Of a stretch of DNA of 30,044 bases, positions 27,126-30,044 are shown piece after piece. The stretch's first letter is position 1. The number at the start of each line of letters is the position of its first letter. Origin of the DNA: an uncultured Desulfobacteraceae bacterium (GTDB taxonomy: Bacteria; Desulfobacterota; DSM-4660; Desulfatiglandales; Desulfatiglandaceae); NCBI GenBank assembly GCA_964511755.1, contig CAZEGG010000001.1:1-30044 (forward strand). Direction: 5' to 3'. The notes under the pieces were generated by a model, which was not told the DNA's origin, made no database searches, and saw only the letters and a program-made list of their open reading frames with translations. The position numbers and the translations under genes were made by a program.

Positions 27126-27707
27126 CCCTGCCCTGCCCCAGGCAATCATCCGCGCGATCTCTTCCCATGACCGGACCCTCCTGAAGGGGTGAGGTTTTTG
27201 ATTCCAGGGCTGGTCGAACACGATGGGCGTTACCTGAGCCGCGGCCAATAGATAGCAGGTGTCGAGACGATCTTCCACGAAATACCTGATTCCATTCTCC
27301 AGGAGTATAGGGATCTTCTCTTGGTGGGTGCCGGTCGCCTCCAGCCGGATCAGATCCTCATTCACCCCGTGCAGATGCCGAAGGACCCATTCATGGATTG
27401 CCGCTCTTCCAGGTCTTGCGGTAACCAATAGAATGGGTCCTTCCCTGGCCAGCAAACCGAGCACCTCCACCGCTCCCTCAATGGGCCTGATCCCCATGCG
27501 AATGGGATCGTCAAGGATCTGTTGAATAATCACCTTGCTGGTCTCATCATCGATGTCAATGACTTTCCTGAAATCGTACTCCGTGATATCTTCATACGAC
27601 ACTTGGATATGGTACTGCCTCCTCGCAGTCTCCACGAACACACGAAATGTGTCGGCCAGGACTCCGTCGATGTCGAAAGCGAGTTCCCGCGGTGATATCT
27701 TTTCCAT
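27120..27707 (-). CDS. HAD-superfamily hydrolase, 5'(3')-deoxyribonucleotidase (NT5C)-like
   Basis: Motif I AFDIDGVLADT, motif II VTAR, motif III K (QEKI), motif IV FVEDR, DQPWN, RVRSWEEI. AGGAG RBS before ATG 27707. Confidence 0.82.
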   Translation of the reverse strand: MEKISPRELAFDIDGVLADTFRVFVETARRQYHIQVSYEDITEYDFRKVIDIDDETSKVIIQQILDDPIRMGIRPIEGAVEVLGLLAREGPILLVTARPGRAAIHEWVLRHLHGVNEDLIRLEATGTHQEKIPILLENGIRYFVEDRLDTCYLLAAAQVTPIVFDQPWNQKPHPFRRVRSWEEIARMIAWGRAGL

Positions 27708-27841
27708 TGTCTCCTGTTCTTTATCGTAAATTGCACAGAATGCCACAGGCTAAGACCTCTTGGAGTCTTCCCGTCTCCGCCATCATCGAGCAAAAACCAG
27801 ACAATGGGTTTGGGGGGACGTTTCTCCGGAAATTGCCGCCT

Positions 27842-28894
27842 TCAGCGTTCAAATGAGACGACTCGATCAGATCTCCTCTTCTTCTTTTTTGCCTCATACA
27901 GCCGCTCATCCGCTCTCTTCAACAGAGAAGCAGGGTCCTGAACGCCCGCATCATGGATGTGGGCTATGCCGAAGCTGATGGAGACTTTTACGCTTTCGCC
28001 GTTCTGGAGTGGCGGATTCTTTGCCAGATACTGATTCAGGCGGTTCATCATTCGATATGCTTCGTCCCGCTTATTCCCCGGCAGAATAATGACAAATTCA
28101 TCGCCGGCGAATCTCGTTACGATATCACTTTCTCTGCTCATCCGCACCAGTTGGTTCCCCACATATTTCAGCGCAGCATCTCCGAAATCGTGTCCGTATC
28201 TGTCGTTGACGGATTTGAAATCGTCGATGTCCAGAAATGCAACTGCCAGAGGACTTTCATAGCGGAGCGCTCTATTGAATTCTCTCTTCAAAATAGACTC
28301 CATGACCCTCCTATTGATCAGTCCCGTGAGGGGGTCCCTGGAGGCGGTGAGTCTGATTCTCTCATGAGCGGCGACATTGGAAATGCAAATGGAAAGGATA
28401 ACCGAAAGCCGCTCCAGAAGAGAGACGTCCATCCCCGGATGATACCTGTCCGGGGCATAATCTCCGCAGTTGAGGCTTCCGATCACGCTGTTCTCCAGTG
28501 TGAGCGGAATGAGGGCAAGAGAACGGACGAGATACTTCTCGTGGTCAGGAAACAACCTGTAGTAGGGCCCCAGATCACCATTGATCAGTATCGGGCGCGA
28601 ACCATTGTTCACCAGCTTTCGAAAGGCCTCCGGCTCTATGATATTCAATTTGTTGTCAAGCATTCCAGAGGTTCCCAGTTGCCTGATCAGATTTGCCACA
28701 TGGTGTTCCTGGATCAGGGACAACCAGACGTAAGGAATGTCGAATTCCTTCCGTATTTCCGTGAGGAGGTTTTCAAAAAGATCTCTGAAATTCAGTATTG
28801 ATAAAATGCGAGCCTCTACTGCAAAAAATTTCCTCTCAATTTCTTCGTTCCTTTTTACTCTCTCCAGGATCTCTTCAATGTCGTTCATGATCAC
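27842..28894 (-). CDS. Diguanylate cyclase with N-terminal GAF/DUF484-like domain
   Basis: DPLTGLINRR, FLDIDDFKSVNDRYGHDFGD, I-site RESD, A-site RFAGDEF, SISFG, ADERLYEAK. Confidence 0.9.
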   Translation of the reverse strand: MIMNDIEEILERVKRNEEIERKFFAVEARILSILNFRDLFENLLTEIRKEFDIPYVWLSLIQEHHVANLIRQLGTSGMLDNKLNIIEPEAFRKLVNNGSRPILINGDLGPYYRLFPDHEKYLVRSLALIPLTLENSVIGSLNCGDYAPDRYHPGMDVSLLERLSVILSICISNVAAHERIRLTASRDPLTGLINRRVMESILKREFNRALRYESPLAVAFLDIDDFKSVNDRYGHDFGDAALKYVGNQLVRMSRESDIVTRFAGDEFVIILPGNKRDEAYRMMNRLNQYLAKNPPLQNGESVKVSISFGIAHIHDAGVQDPASLLKRADERLYEAKKKKRRSDRVVSFER

Positions 28895-28932
28895 TTCCTT
28901 TAGCGTCCATGCCGAGGCCTATGCCCGGAAGA

Positions 28933-30044
28933 TCAGCCTGCTTCCCTTTCTTTTCCTGCCAAAGGTAAGCGTACAATGAAAGTCGTGCTCTTCTTCCCTC
29001 CCTCGATCACCATTTTGCCTTTCAAAAGGCGGACAATGCGGTTGGTAATATACAGTCCCCGTCCTTCAGCTTCTCCTTCAAGCAGTCTCACCCTGTCTTC
29101 ATAAGAGATCTGGCCGCTGTTGCTGATTTCTGCGAAAGCCCACTCCCCGTCTCCATACGTTCGGATTGCGAGAAACCCTCCTCTGAGCGGTATCGCTTTC
29201 GTGGCGTTGTTCAACAGGTTGTCGAACACCCGTTCCAGATGGATTGGGTAACAACGGACGGACAGCCCAGATTGAAGCGGTCCTTCCCTCAATTCAACAT
29301 TCTGTTTCAATTGTTCTTTGATGGCTTCTCTGTTGATCTCAAAACGGCGACGCAGGACATCAGACAGATCGACAACCTGCTCTTTTCCCACCTGGTAAAT
29401 GCTCAGGGAGAGTTCCTGCAGCCGGCTGGTCTCCTCCAGCAGAATGTCAGTGTACCGACGGATCTGATCCCTTGATTTTTCATCCGGTCCCTTTTCGAGA
29501 AGGGCCTTCAGTCTCCTGGCGAACCCTGCCGCCGCGATAGTTGGATTCTTGAAATCGTGCAGGATATCATCAAGCCTCTCCATTTTCTGGGCTTTCATCA
29601 ATTCCCTGCCCAGGAAGAGGAAAAGTTCGATTTCGTCCTCCCGGTAACGAAGTCTCTGTTCGAGGGCGTCGAATGTTATGAAGTGAGTGATGTCTCCCTC
29701 CACAAAAAGAGGAATGTACAGTATGGAATTGATATTGTGCAATCGGGCGAATTTCTTCATTTGAGCTGAGATGAGATCGCTCTTCTGAGGCTCCACAACC
29801 AGGATATAAGAAGGAGTGACAATCTCGTAGGTTGAGTTTCCCCGGTAATCCCTCAAGTTCAGGATGACCTCAAAGGCCGGCTCCTTTCCGACGGAAAATT
29901 TCATGCCGATACTGTGATATCCTCCCAGTTCAGGATAGGCCGCTTCGAGTATCACATGATTATAATCAGGCATCACGGAAAAAAGGGCGCAACTCTGGAC
30001 ATTCACCATGTCGGCCAATTCGGGAATGATCCTGTTGAATACCT
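28933..30044 (-). CDS. GAF-domain sensor histidine kinase (5'-partial) with shortened ATP lid
   Basis: Frame is open to the window edge. GAF-like SILYIPLF segment, H box LHDFKNP, N box DNLLNNATKA, NSG and GRGL glycine boxes. Confidence 0.8.
   Translation of the reverse strand, partial: VFNRIIPELADMVNVQSCALFSVMPDYNHVILEAAYPELGGYHSIGMKFSVGKEPAFEVILNLRDYRGNSTYEIVTPSYILVVEPQKSDLISAQMKKFARLHNINSILYIPLFVEGDITHFITFDALEQRLRYREDEIELFLFLGRELMKAQKMERLDDILHDFKNPTIAAAGFARRLKALLEKGPDEKSRDQIRRYTDILLEETSRLQELSLSIYQVGKEQVVDLSDVLRRRFEINREAIKEQLKQNVELREGPLQSGLSVRCYPIHLERVFDNLLNNATKAIPLRGGFLAIRTYGDGEWAFAEISNSGQISYEDRVRLLEGEAEGRGLYITNRIVRLLKGKMVIEGGKKSTTFIVRLPLAGKEREAG

Noticed and set aside
1-30044. CRISPR array, IS element, prophage or defence island
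   Set aside because: No regularly spaced direct repeats, no transposase, integrase or phage-like ORFs, and no evident compositional break.

Overview
Gene-dense chromosomal housekeeping window with no rRNA, tRNA, CRISPR array, transposase, integrase or phage gene that I can recognise. Gene content suggests an anaerobic Desulfobacterota (deltaproteobacterial) genome; this is inference from the sigma-54 regulator, system II cytochrome c maturation genes, FmdB-type zinc ribbon and kdsB. Order: a partial histidine kinase, a REC-PAS hybrid kinase and a sigma-54 response regulator (+); then on the minus strand, in transcription order, serS, a transpeptidase-domain PBP, glmS, plsC and an M20 hydrolase; resB/ccs1, ccsA and a tRNA nucleotidyltransferase (+); MltD-like lytic transglycosylase (+) converging on an M23 peptidase (-); LOG-like protein (+) converging on an MTA/SAH deaminase-like amidohydrolase (-); DUF1015 and a TrmN6-like methyltransferase (+) converging on DUF721/DciA (-); hflK, hflC and an ACT protein (+); then on the minus strand a partial GAF kinase, a GAF-GGDEF protein, a HAD nucleotidase, an FmdB zinc ribbon, a multi-Cys zinc ribbon, queD and kdsB. 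I found no clearly new multi-gene system. The best leads are smaller: a nucleotidyltransferase with the loop deletion typical of CC-adding enzymes, translationally coupled to the cytochrome c maturation genes; a 103-bp inverted-repeat-bounded hairpin element in the glmS leader; a roughly 240-nt multi-hairpin leader upstream of resB; an ACT protein with a 30-aa insertion; a DUF1015/methyltransferase pair; and a CRP/FNR-type site upstream of the FmdB gene. All family assignments come from motif recognition by eye, not database searches.
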